Source: Lachnospiraceae bacterium (lineage in GTDB: Bacteria > Bacillota > Clostridia > Lachnospirales > Lachnospiraceae). Taken from it: a stretch of DNA of 64,000 nt. The position numbers were made by a program, and so were the translations under genes. Numbering within the stretch: the stretch's first letter is position 1; each line of letters begins with the position of its first letter. Of this stretch, positions 47,461 to 57,239 are shown one piece after another. The notes under the pieces were generated by a model, which was given only the letters and a program-made list of their open reading frames with translations, made no database searches and was not told where the DNA came from. The stretch lies in contig SVFG01000002.1 of the NCBI GenBank assembly GCA_015056975.1, positions 5,553-69,552 of the forward strand. The letters run 5' to 3'.

Positions 47461-47895
47461 TTACAAATATTCTCGCAGTTCTTTGCAAAGCTCCTCCTCA
47501 ATGGAAATCAATTTGCCGCAAATAGCCTTAGACTTATCATCTGCAGCCTTGTACTGATTCAGATATCTGTTCAGGGTCTTTACACCCATATTGCAGCCGT
47601 CTGTAATCAAATCTGCCACGGTGGAATCACTGTTGTCCATGCTCATCTTCATGTTGGTCTTCATCCATGACATACCCTTTGCGATAGGACTGGGGTCTTT
47701 TTCCTCTGCGGAATGCTCTTTTAAGAGCGCACAAATGTCATTTTCCAATTTTTCATGATGGTCCTTGCTCTCCTGCAACAGCTGCTTCAACTCGCTGTCT
47801 CTTACACTTTCCAGCACCTCATCAATGGAAGAAACTGCCATCTTGGTACCTGCATCACATTCCTTTAACAATTTGACCGTATCCATATGCTCCAT
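47461..47895 (-). CDS. Conserved hypothetical helical (ferritin-like) protein
   Basis: RBS AAGGAG before MEHMD. All-helical pattern with E/H residues (ECDAG.KM, DHHEKLE, GCNMG). Confidence 0.7.
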   Translation of the reverse strand: MEHMDTVKLLKECDAGTKMAVSSIDEVLESVRDSELKQLLQESKDHHEKLENDICALLKEHSAEEKDPSPIAKGMSWMKTNMKMSMDNSDSTVADLITDGCNMGVKTLNRYLNQYKAADDKSKAICGKLISIEEELCKELREYL

Positions 47896-47959
47896 ATTTC
47901 TGCTCTCCTTTATGTTCGTTTTAAAAGTAGTATCCGCATCAATATGGAATTTATACATC

Positions 47960-50629
47960 TTATTTGAGGTTCTCTAACTGTTTCAAAAAGTCATTGTATG
48001 ACGTTATATAATCAGGCAGTTTTTCCGCTATCTCATCATAGTGTCCCTCTTTGCCGGCCATTTCCAAAGACCTTGCTTTGTCAGCCAACAGTGAATATCC
48101 GATATTCAACAGCTGTGACTTCATGCTGTGAATCTGAATTACAAAATTTTCGTAATCCTTCGTCTCCCAATAGTTAGTCACAGATTTTAGCTGTTGCGGC
48201 GAAATCTCAGACACAATACGAAGCACATCCCTGTACAGATTCATATCTCCGTTACACAGCTCCAAACCTGCTGCCACATTGACCTGTGGCAGGGAATCCT
48301 CCAAAGACGGAATCGCGGTAGGTTCCACGGCAATTTTCGGCATTCTTTCTTCTACCGTTTCTATCACTTCAATCACTTTCTTTTTATCATTATCAATGCC
48401 TGACCAGAATCTGTCCTTTGGAATAAAACGTTCAAATACACGCTCCAACTCCTGATAGTTAATAGGCTTGCTCAAATAATCGTCAAAGCCTGCGTCTAAA
48501 AGTTCTTGCTTTACACCCTCGATTGCATTTGCTGTCAGTACCACAATCTTACCCTTTGCCTGTGGCATATAATGTTCCGAAAGCTGACGTATCCTGCGCA
48601 TAGCCTCCACACCATCCATCTGAGGCATCATCTGGTCCATAAACACAAGATCAAATTCTTTTTCCGCACACAGTTCAATCGCTTCTTTTCCGCAGGTAGC
48701 CGTCGTCACCGTGAGACCATAATACTCTAACGTATTCTTTATTACTTTCAGATTAATCTGGTTATCATCCGTCACCAGAACCTGAGTATCCCGAATCTTC
48801 ATACCGCTTACATTTAAGGTATCACTATCCTGTGTTGCAGATGTGGTCAGATTTATCGGCGTTCCGTTCACAACACCCTGCTCCACATTAACGGTAAAGG
48901 TAGTTCCCCTGCCGTAAATACTGTCAACCTCTATGGTACCACCCATCAGCTTCACATAACCGTTTACGATGGACAGGCCTAATCCGGTACCTTCAATATT
49001 GGTGTTACGCTCTGAGTCAAATCGTGCAAAGCTGTCAAACAGATGCTCCATGGCACTTTCTTTAAGACCGATTCCGGTATCGGTAATGGCAAATTCAAGT
49101 CTTGCCATATTATTCTCTATACCTATGAGACGCACGATGAATACAACACTTCCCTTTTCGGTGTACTTCACCGCATTGCTTAACAGATTAATCAATACAC
49201 CTCTCACCCTGGTCTTATCACCATAAAGCTCACTTGGCAGTCTGGGATCCGTATTCATCTGGAACTGCAGACCTTTTTTCTTTGCCTGAATATCCATGAT
49301 GTGATATACATCCTGCAGGAGCGCTGCCGTGTTGTAATTACCGCATACAAGCTCCGCTTTTCCCGAATCCAGCTTTGAGATATCCAGAATGTCATTAATC
49401 ACCGCCAAAAGATTCAGGCAGGAGTTTTTGATATCCGTCACATATTCCCTTACTTCCGCAGAGGTATCCATCTTAAGCACCAGCTCCGAAAAGCCCAATA
49501 TCGCATTCATGGGTGTACGGATTTCATGTGACATATTTGCAAGGAACACGCTCTTAGAGCGATTGGCGGACTCCGCCTCCTTCTTTGCTTCCTCCAGACG
49601 CTGCATATTTTTCATACGTTCCGAAAGGTCAGTAACAATTACGATATATCCTATAACATCATCATATCTGTCCCTAATTTTATTGATGGCGACATTGCAG
49701 AAAATCTGATTTTTTATACAGACGATATCCATATTTCTGTCCGTCTCATCAAATGCAAATACCGAGTCACCTTCTACCTCAAAAAGCTTTTCAAAGCCAA
49801 TATTTTTACGTTCAATCTGGTTTTGTTCGATTTCCAAAAATTTAGCCGCCGCGTCATTGGCAATCTTCAAATGTCTATCCGCACCAAACACCAAAACCGG
49901 CATTGCCAGCGAGTAATAAATAAACTCCGACATATTGGCGATATTGATTTTGGAACGGTTATTGGCACGTATTGCCAGATAAACTACTACCATACCCCAA
50001 AACTGCATTAACGTACTTCCCGGTATTGCCTTGAAGCCTAATAAAGGGAAAACAGTATCCAAAACAGTCCCTAAAAGCATTGCCATATCTGCAATCATAA
50101 ATATCTTACCAAAGAACCTGATACGCTTCACTTTGGAAAAACACATATATAAACTGATGCCGAACATCAACAACGCCAAAATCAGACTATATGCCGTATA
50201 AATAGTATTAAACAACCCTGCCTTAAAGGAGTAAGTCATGCCCGTAACATCTAACTGGAAAATGGTCTGATTGCGCTCTACCGTCATGAAATACACAATG
50301 ACACCGAGTGCTGCAAATCCATTAAACAGATTCGCCCAGCACTTCTTAATACCGGATAAATAGGAAATCAGCATCTGGCCGGTAATCAGGTACAGAATCG
50401 TACCAATCATACCAAATACACGACAATAATATGCCCACTCCACATCTGTCTGAATAATTAACGCGCCAAATCCCAGACTCCATACCGCACTGCTGAAGCA
50501 GAATGCTGCAAGAAGCTTATTCTCCGTATCTTTACGTCCTTCGGACCACAAAGTAATCACCATAAAAGAAAACGAAAGCACACAAAATATAAACAATATA
50601 ATCGGACAGATATATTTAACCATTTCCAT
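47960..50629 (-). CDS. Hybrid sensor kinase (7TM, PAS-like, HisKA/HATPase, receiver, Hpt)
   Basis: FLANMSHEIRTPMN, NLLSNAVKYT, GTGLGL, FMDQMMP.MDG, Hpt motif IHSMKS. About seven N-terminal TMs. Confidence 0.93.
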   Translation of the reverse strand: MEMVKYICPIILFIFCVLSFSFMVITLWSEGRKDTENKLLAAFCFSSAVWSLGFGALIIQTDVEWAYYCRVFGMIGTILYLITGQMLISYLSGIKKCWANLFNGFAALGVIVYFMTVERNQTIFQLDVTGMTYSFKAGLFNTIYTAYSLILALLMFGISLYMCFSKVKRIRFFGKIFMIADMAMLLGTVLDTVFPLLGFKAIPGSTLMQFWGMVVVYLAIRANNRSKINIANMSEFIYYSLAMPVLVFGADRHLKIANDAAAKFLEIEQNQIERKNIGFEKLFEVEGDSVFAFDETDRNMDIVCIKNQIFCNVAINKIRDRYDDVIGYIVIVTDLSERMKNMQRLEEAKKEAESANRSKSVFLANMSHEIRTPMNAILGFSELVLKMDTSAEVREYVTDIKNSCLNLLAVINDILDISKLDSGKAELVCGNYNTAALLQDVYHIMDIQAKKKGLQFQMNTDPRLPSELYGDKTRVRGVLINLLSNAVKYTEKGSVVFIVRLIGIENNMARLEFAITDTGIGLKESAMEHLFDSFARFDSERNTNIEGTGLGLSIVNGYVKLMGGTIEVDSIYGRGTTFTVNVEQGVVNGTPINLTTSATQDSDTLNVSGMKIRDTQVLVTDDNQINLKVIKNTLEYYGLTVTTATCGKEAIELCAEKEFDLVFMDQMMPQMDGVEAMRRIRQLSEHYMPQAKGKIVVLTANAIEGVKQELLDAGFDDYLSKPINYQELERVFERFIPKDRFWSGIDNDKKKVIEVIETVEERMPKIAVEPTAIPSLEDSLPQVNVAAGLELCNGDMNLYRDVLRIVSEISPQQLKSVTNYWETKDYENFVIQIHSMKSQLLNIGYSLLADKARSLEMAGKEGHYDEIAEKLPDYITSYNDFLKQLENLK

Positions 50630-50728
50630 AGGCAGTTCCTCTTCTGTATAAATCTAGTGAGTATCACTATTATTATACAATAAGTCGTGAAATTTGTAAA
50701 TTGTATATACACTTTTAATTAAATTCTT

Positions 50729-51034
50729 TTAGCACTTTTTTATGACTTTTGTACCAATCTCCAGCATCCTGATTGCCAGTTCCCTATTGTCAATCAGCAT
50801 ATTATACACCAAATCTTCCGACAGTACTCCACACTTTAGACTTTTAGGTAATTTCCCGGTATCATAATCCTCCATATCCTGAAACCAATCTTTGCTTCCG
50901 TAATATTCTGACAGTTCTCCAATGCGTTCCAGGCATTGTTCGTATCTGTCAAACACCTCAGAAAACTCCTTGATAATTGCTATTGCTTCATCCAGGTGAC
51001 CTTCCATTTTTGTTATCTGTTCAATCTGTTCCAT
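50729..51034 (-). CDS. DUF4298-like small protein
   Basis: YYGS.DW..D...KCGVLSED.VYN motif. Confidence 0.75.
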   Translation of the reverse strand: MEQIEQITKMEGHLDEAIAIIKEFSEVFDRYEQCLERIGELSEYYGSKDWFQDMEDYDTGKLPKSLKCGVLSEDLVYNMLIDNRELAIRMLEIGTKVIKKC

Positions 51035-51105
51035 GGTTCAAAACCTCCTAACGAATGTGCAACACCCTCCGGGATTCTCCGGAGGGCATTTATCATTTCA
51101 CTTAT

Positions 51106-52035
51106 TTAAACTGCATACACGCCATCACATTTTGCAATGGTATCGATGGAACCGTCTTCATTGTATTTAAACTCTGCCACGCAGACACTGCGGTGGAACA
51201 GACTTCCTCCGGGAAGCTCTCCTGTATGATAGAACAGATAAGAATGTCCCTTGAAATCTGCAATACCGGGATGATTGGTAAAGGTACCGCCCTCCTCGGT
51301 CATCAGCACGCCTCCATATACCCAGGGGCCTGTGGGTGATGTAGAGGTAGAATAAGCCAAATGCTCATCCTTCTTCTCCAAGCCAAAAGCCGCATAAACC
51401 ATGTAGTAAAGACCATTTCTCTTATAGAACCAGGGACCCTCTGCATAGGTAGTTCCTGTCATATGGCTACCCTTTCCGAAAGACTCCACAGTCATGGGAA
51501 TCTTAACCACGCCTACTTCCTCATTGTAGGAAATCATGTCCTCATTCAAAAGAACATAACGAAGCTCGGGATTTCCAAAATAGAGATATGCCTGACCGTC
51601 ATCGTCAATGAAAACAGTAGGGTCGATATCATTCCAGTCACCCTCGTCCACAAGGGGGTAACCCAAATCCTTGAAGGGACCTGTAGGGCTGTCAGAAACA
51701 CCTACTGCAATCGCCATACCGCCATCCTTTTTATGTACGGGACAATACAGATAGAACTTGCCGTTTCGCTCTACTGCCTGAGGCGCCCACGCTCTGTCAT
51801 CCGCCCAGCTGATATCATCCAGGGAAAATACCTGGCCGTGGTCGGTCCAATTCACCATATCCTTGGTGGAATAACAATGCCAATTGAACATGGTATAAAA
51901 ATTGTTGATAAGCTCATCCTCGTCATGCGTAGTATAAAGATACAGAGTATCTCCATAAACCATAGGCGCCGGATCAGCCGTATAAATTGATGTGATTATT
52001 GGATTTTTACAAAATCCCTGCTTTACATTTTCCAT
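51106..52035 (-). CDS. Glycoside hydrolase family 43 (arabinoxylan arabinofuranohydrolase/xylosidase-like)
   Basis: TADPAP, WAP, IDPTVFIDDDG, AEGPW, TNHPG. No signal peptide. Confidence 0.92.
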   Translation of the reverse strand: MENVKQGFCKNPIITSIYTADPAPMVYGDTLYLYTTHDEDELINNFYTMFNWHCYSTKDMVNWTDHGQVFSLDDISWADDRAWAPQAVERNGKFYLYCPVHKKDGGMAIAVGVSDSPTGPFKDLGYPLVDEGDWNDIDPTVFIDDDGQAYLYFGNPELRYVLLNEDMISYNEEVGVVKIPMTVESFGKGSHMTGTTYAEGPWFYKRNGLYYMVYAAFGLEKKDEHLAYSTSTSPTGPWVYGGVLMTEEGGTFTNHPGIADFKGHSYLFYHTGELPGGSLFHRSVCVAEFKYNEDGSIDTIAKCDGVYAV

Positions 52036-52170
52036 AATGACCTCCATAAGTGTATGTATATATTATCAGTATATCAAAAATGCGTCTCAAATCAAGTTCT
52101 TATTGCCAAAATCGCCATATAATGTTAAGGTTTATCTGTTAGATAATACCAAGAGAAGAGAGGCCGGAAT

Positions 52171-53700
52171 ATGTTTAAGATTATGACTTCCGACGAAGCA
52201 ATTAACATCATCAAGGACGGTGATGTCATCTGTTTAAATTCCTTTTTGGGAATTGAAAATCCCGTGGAACTACACGAAGCACTTTACCGAAAATATAAAG
52301 CTACCGGTTCCCCCAGGCACTTGACCATGGTTTCCAGTGCAGGCTTCGGAATCTGGGATGAAAATAGAAATGCCGAAATGTACATAAAAGAAGGAGCCGT
52401 GGACAAAATTATCTGCGGTCATTTCGGGGCTATGTTTAGTACCAAAAGGCTGGTTTTGGAAAACCGCTTTGAAGCCTATAATCTTCCCCTGGGTTGTATT
52501 TCCCATGCCATCCGTGCCCAGGCTGGCGGCATCCCCGGAGCATTGTCCAAGGTTGGTTTGGACATCTTTGTAGACCCGCTGATTGACGGACCGGGTATCA
52601 ATGATATTTCCAAGGATGACTCCTATGTAAAGCGTGTGGAAGTAGACGGGGAAGAATTCCTGTACTACATGCTTCCCAAAATAGATGTAGCACTGATTAA
52701 GGGTACTGCTGCCGACCGCAAGGGCAACATCACCTTTGATGATATGTATATGTCAGGAGATGCCTTATCCATCTGTCAGGCTGCTAAGGCTAACGGAGGT
52801 AAGGTAATTGTACAGGTTGACCGGATTGTGAGCACGCCCTCAAGACCCCGAAACACCATTATTCCGGGCTGTCTTGTAGATGCCATCGTCATGGTAGAGC
52901 CCGAGGTTCGTCATGCTGCATTTGAATCCCTGACAGGTAGCTTCGAAATTCCTTATTCCCAATGGCAGGATTGGAGCGAAATGCTGGAAACCAGAACCTC
53001 CACCAAAAATGTTGTGAATATACCCGGAAACATTATCGGCAAACGTGCTGCTTTGGAGCTAAGTGAAGACGATATCGTCAATATCGGCGTAGGCATTCCC
53101 GAAACCGTTACCAAATACGCAAGAGAAAGCGGCATTCTGGATAAAGTAACCCTAACCGTTGAGTCCGGCGGTGTGGGCGGCTTCCCTGCTTCCGGCAAGG
53201 TATTCGGTGCGGTAATCGGTGCAGATTCCATGTATGATATGGCAAATCAGTTTGACTTATACAACAATGGCGGTCTTGATATCTGTTTCATGGGAGGTAT
53301 TGAAGTCGATAAATACGGAAACGTAAACGCTCATCGCGGTCCCGGTGCCTTTGCAGGTATCGGCGGCTTTGCCAACATTACTGCCAAAACCAAAACCGTA
53401 GTCTTCTGCCTGACCTTTAACACAAGCGGTCTTAACGTAGATGAGAACGACGGTAAGATTACTATCATAGATAACGGTAGCATTCCAAAGTTTGTGGATA
53501 AAGTTGCAAGCATCAGCTTTTCAGCCAAGCGCGCCCGTGCCAACAAGCAAAAGGTTTTATATGTCACTGAGCGTTGCGTATTTGAACTTGGCGAAAACGG
53601 ACTTAAACTTATTGAAGTATATCCCGGCGTGGATATGGAGAATGATATCATAAATCTCCTGCCCTTCCCGGTAGAAATTGATCCGATACTTAAATACTAA
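52171..53700 (+). CDS. Acyl-CoA:acetate/propionate CoA-transferase (YdiF/Pct family)
   Basis: AYNLP.G, VGLDIFVDP, NIGVGIPE, catalytic TVESG, GGLD, GGFANIT, YVTERCVF. Confidence 0.9.
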   Translation: MFKIMTSDEAINIIKDGDVICLNSFLGIENPVELHEALYRKYKATGSPRHLTMVSSAGFGIWDENRNAEMYIKEGAVDKIICGHFGAMFSTKRLVLENRFEAYNLPLGCISHAIRAQAGGIPGALSKVGLDIFVDPLIDGPGINDISKDDSYVKRVEVDGEEFLYYMLPKIDVALIKGTAADRKGNITFDDMYMSGDALSICQAAKANGGKVIVQVDRIVSTPSRPRNTIIPGCLVDAIVMVEPEVRHAAFESLTGSFEIPYSQWQDWSEMLETRTSTKNVVNIPGNIIGKRAALELSEDDIVNIGVGIPETVTKYARESGILDKVTLTVESGGVGGFPASGKVFGAVIGADSMYDMANQFDLYNNGGLDICFMGGIEVDKYGNVNAHRGPGAFAGIGGFANITAKTKTVVFCLTFNTSGLNVDENDGKITIIDNGSIPKFVDKVASISFSAKRARANKQKVLYVTERCVFELGENGLKLIEVYPGVDMENDIINLLPFPVEIDPILKY

Positions 53701-53716
53701 TACACAGCTGGAAATA

Positions 53717-53747
53717 CGGGCTGCCGCAGTAATTGTGGCAGCCTGTT
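53717..53747. terminator. Terminator hairpin between convergent genes
   Basis: ACGGGCTGCCGCA / TGTGGCAGCCTGT stem with G-U pairs. Confidence 0.65.
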
Positions 53748-53768
53748 TGCGTGGGAGGTACTAATATT

Positions 53769-54677
53769 TTAATAGTTCCCCTGCTCTATCAATGCCTTCA
53801 CTTCCGCCATTGTAGGGGGATTTAGCGGCAGGGGAAATCTTGAAATCGCAATTGCCGAGCAGGCACTGGCAAACCGCACCAGCTCATCGTCAGTCATACC
53901 CTGCAGCAATCCGTAAACACAGCCTGCTTTGAAGGTGTCACCTGCACCGAGAGTACTCTTTACCTCCACGGGAAACGGCTTCATCCGCTTCATAGGCTGA
54001 CCTTTTCTGCCATATAACATATCCTTTTCACCGGAGGTAATAATCACAAGCCCCTCCGTATTTTCCGTCATCAGATTGTAGATATCCTCCATACTCTTAC
54101 CCTTCTCCAGATATGCGTGAGTACACTCTTTGGATACTACATTGACAGCACAGTTTTTGTGCAAATAAGTGTCATGATTACAGTCAATGGTCACATAAGG
54201 TTTCTTATGCTTTACACAAAGCTCTGCCGCCGTCTGTGTCGCTTCAAAAAAGTAAGGGTCAATTGCAGCAACCTTACATTCTGCAATATCCTCTTCCTTG
54301 GGCATATTCCAGCGAATCTCGCCACTCTCATAGAGCGTCTGAAATACTCCCATAGGTGAACGCACCAGACCGGCTATCACCACATAGTCCATCAGCCCTT
54401 CGTATTCCGGGTCAAAATAAAGAGAGGATAAATCCACGGTCTTGTCCTTATAAAACTCCTTAAGTAGCGGTGCTACTTCCGTTCCGATGTGTGTACCATC
54501 CATCTTCACATTTGCCCCTAAGGAAGAAAGTACCGTAGCTGCCGTACCGGTCTCTCCTCCCGGCAAAAAGTACTTCGCCTTAATCTCAGCATACTCATCG
54601 GGCTGCAAAAAGTCGCCCTTCAGCAAAAAAGAGTGTGTTCCTAAAATCTGTCCATGCAAATACACTTCGCTTCTCAT
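53769..54677 (-). CDS. PfkB-family carbohydrate kinase
   Basis: PGGETG..A..LS.LG and C-terminal STLGAGDTFKAG signature. Confidence 0.9.
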   Translation of the reverse strand: MRSEVYLHGQILGTHSFLLKGDFLQPDEYAEIKAKYFLPGGETGTAATVLSSLGANVKMDGTHIGTEVAPLLKEFYKDKTVDLSSLYFDPEYEGLMDYVVIAGLVRSPMGVFQTLYESGEIRWNMPKEEDIAECKVAAIDPYFFEATQTAAELCVKHKKPYVTIDCNHDTYLHKNCAVNVVSKECTHAYLEKGKSMEDIYNLMTENTEGLVIITSGEKDMLYGRKGQPMKRMKPFPVEVKSTLGAGDTFKAGCVYGLLQGMTDDELVRFASACSAIAISRFPLPLNPPTMAEVKALIEQGNY

Positions 54678-55261
54678 AAGTACCTCCCAATAAAATCTTT
54701 TACAAATGCTTCTATCTGCTCCATCACTTCCACATGCCGCGAGGGCTCCCTGTCACAAAGGTGAACAAGTGCCGTCACCGGTGCCGTATACAGAAACGCA
54801 AGCATAACCGGATCATCCTGCTTGGCAATTCCCGCATCCATCATTCTTTGAAATACTGCCGCAAATATATTTTTTGTACCTTCCATAAAGTGTTTGGTTG
54901 CCAGCCTGCGTATCCGCTCGTCATGAAACTGTTCCGTAATAAGTAGTTTTCTTGTCAGAATAATCCGCTCATCATAAACCGTAAAACGAATCATACCCAT
55001 AGTCATAGATAGCAGTTCTTCCTTAGATTCCGGTGTCTTTGGCATGTTATCCACAGAACCGAAACGTTCCGCATAATATGCTTCCAGCATATCAATCAAT
55101 GCATTCCATATGGCTTCCTTGCTCTCATAATGCTTGTATAACGCGGACTTGCTTAATCCAAGACGTGCTGCAAGTTCACGCAGATTGGTACCTCTATAAC
55201 CGTTTTCCGCAAACAGTACCAATGCTTCCTCTAAAATTCTGCCCTTCTTGGTATTTTCCAT
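54674..55261 (-). CDS. TetR/AcrR-family regulator
   Basis: ILEEAL.LFAENGY.GT..RELA..LG.SKSALYKHY.SKE. RBS GGAGG before MENTK. 4-nt overlap with the kinase gene. Confidence 0.93.
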   Translation of the reverse strand: MENTKKGRILEEALVLFAENGYRGTNLRELAARLGLSKSALYKHYESKEAIWNALIDMLEAYYAERFGSVDNMPKTPESKEELLSMTMGMIRFTVYDERIILTRKLLITEQFHDERIRRLATKHFMEGTKNIFAAVFQRMMDAGIAKQDDPVMLAFLYTAPVTALVHLCDREPSRHVEVMEQIEAFVKDFIGRYL

Positions 55262-55322
55262 TCCATCCTCCCCAAACAGGTTCATCTGCAAATCAACGCT
55301 TAGTCTAAAATGTCATATAATA

Positions 55323-55352
55323 ATTATAGGTGACCACTTGGTCACCTGTCAA
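55323..55352 (-). promoter_or_regulatory. Consensus sigma-A promoter with a palindromic operator in the spacer
   Basis: TTGACA-18 nt-TATAAT. The perfect palindrome AGGTGACCA-CT-TGGTCACCT (55328-55347) fills the spacer. Confidence 0.8.
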
Positions 55353-55441
55353 GAAATATTGACATAAATAAACTAAAGTGGACAAACACCTTTATAACTG
55401 CAAAGAAGCCGGTCGAAACCGGCTTTCCTGCTAACATTTCA

Positions 55442-56479
55442 CTATACATAGTATCCCAACACATCACGTACTGAACCCGGTACTAGTTGCAATGCAACTG
55501 CCGAGTTAATGGTTTTTATTTCACCACCTATATTTAAGAATACAATATGACTGCAATAAATCATGTCTTCCAAGCGGAACATATTCATCGGGTCATAACC
55601 GCAAATAAAACCATTACATGCCACATATTCTGCCCGCGCCATATGTTGATTAAGCTTATCTTTCTTATGTTGCACAAATGCAGCATGATTTTTAGAAACA
55701 AATTCATAAGTCTCCAATTCTGCTGTAATTTCCACAGTCTTTATGGGATTTTGCTCGTATATCGTCAATTCACTCTTCCAATCATTATTGCAGGGAATTC
55801 CCAACCTTTCCAGACACAAAAAGTAAACTGCTCCCACATAATAGGACACCCTTCTCACATCAAACAATAAATTGCTTTCTTCTCTCAACTTCTCCAGATA
55901 ATCCTTTACAGTCGCTTCATAGCGCTCAGGATTGATACACGCTAATGCTTTCAGACCTATGTATTCCGCCATTCCCTCCAAGGCTTCCACCTTCCATTCA
56001 TGACAGACCATAGCAGGATATTTTTTATGACGTTCCTCCCTGATTTTAGCAAACTGTCGAAGCAGCATGATATCCTGCTTCTCATAAGCATCCGCCAGAT
56101 ACCTGTTCTCATTGTATTTTTCTGTAAAATGCGCTTCATCATCCGGATACATTAACAAATCCAAATCAGAGGGATACCCTGATGTCTTGTTTTCATACTG
56201 GTGACAATGAAACATCTCATGCACCACGTAATAGGCAATACGCTGCACATCACAAGCAGATTCTAAACTCATATCCCAAATTGCGATATATTCTCCCTCA
56301 TATTCCTTGGCCGTATTCCCTATAAAATCCTCTCTGTAGGGAAGCACTTGCCCATCCAGAATAATTTCTTCACGATTATATAAAGCAAACCGATATTTAT
56401 GAAACCCTTCATACAATGCATTGAAATTCACGGAATCCAAAATAGCATCTATTTCCTGATATATCTGTAATAAATCCAT
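55442..56479 (-). CDS. Hypothetical protein with HExxH zincin motif
   Basis: VVHEMFH followed by LEGMAEY (gluzincin-like third ligand). Confidence 0.65.
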   Translation of the reverse strand: MDLLQIYQEIDAILDSVNFNALYEGFHKYRFALYNREEIILDGQVLPYREDFIGNTAKEYEGEYIAIWDMSLESACDVQRIAYYVVHEMFHCHQYENKTSGYPSDLDLLMYPDDEAHFTEKYNENRYLADAYEKQDIMLLRQFAKIREERHKKYPAMVCHEWKVEALEGMAEYIGLKALACINPERYEATVKDYLEKLREESNLLFDVRRVSYYVGAVYFLCLERLGIPCNNDWKSELTIYEQNPIKTVEITAELETYEFVSKNHAAFVQHKKDKLNQHMARAEYVACNGFICGYDPMNMFRLEDMIYCSHIVFLNIGGEIKTINSAVALQLVPGSVRDVLGYYV

Positions 56480-56490
56480 TCTACTCCCTC

Positions 56491-56940
56491 CTATCCCAAG
56501 TGATAATATGCATTAAGAATGTCCATCACCGAGTCTTCTCCTCCGCGTAAAATCACTCTTACATAAGAACCGTTCCGTTCAAAAGAAACCTTTACGTTAT
56601 CCTCAGTTCTCCTGCCTACCGTTTCACAAAAGAAAGTACATATTTCTTCCGACTCTTCCATATCGACACACACATCAATAATGGTACAGATTTCATTTAT
56701 AGGTTTCCTATTCTGCGCTAGAAAATCAAAAACTATCGCTTTGTTTTTAGCCTGTATGCTTGGTCTCACGTAAGGATTTTCAAGGAATTTCCCAAAATCC
56801 TCTTCCGTAAATTTCCAAATCCCTTCAATCCGCTCACCTTCCAGAATACCCATTTTTATATAATTTCTGAGGGTTCTCGTCGTCAATCCGGTCATCAATG
56901 CAAGTTCATTCAGTGTATAATATTTTTCCATGATCTCCAT
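56491..56940 (-). CDS. MerR/excisionase-type HTH domain protein
   Basis: YYTLNELA.MTGLTTRTLRNYIK.G.L.G...WKF. Confidence 0.82.
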   Translation of the reverse strand: MEIMEKYYTLNELALMTGLTTRTLRNYIKMGILEGERIEGIWKFTEEDFGKFLENPYVRPSIQAKNKAIVFDFLAQNRKPINEICTIIDVCVDMEESEEICTFFCETVGRRTEDNVKVSFERNGSYVRVILRGGEDSVMDILNAYYHLG

Positions 56941-57074
56941 GTCCTCTCATTCATACTTTCGGTTAAGCTTAACTTACCTTAAGTATATCCCAAGGAAAAT
57001 TCCGATGCAATTTGAAATCGAGGGACTTTTTCATAGTCTTTAATCCGTGTTTCCTAAAATCTCTTCTACTGTCC

Positions 57075-57239
57075 TTATTCACAACCATCAAGCATTCTGA
57101 TAAATTCTTCAAATTCTTGAATATTTGTAAATGGAGCATCCAAAAACCATGGTGCAATCTGCGTTTTGCTGTTACACCACTCAGTCATCATCTCATTGTA
57201 TTGTTCGTAATATGTTATGTCCGGTTTCACCAAATACAG
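57075..57239 (-). pseudogene. Relic N-terminus of a probable GNAT acetyltransferase
   Basis: Manual translation LYLVKPDITYYEQYNEMMTEWCNSKTQIAPWFLD...EFIRMLDGCE* reads like the start of a Firmicute GNAT and stops after about 52 codons. Confidence 0.5.
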
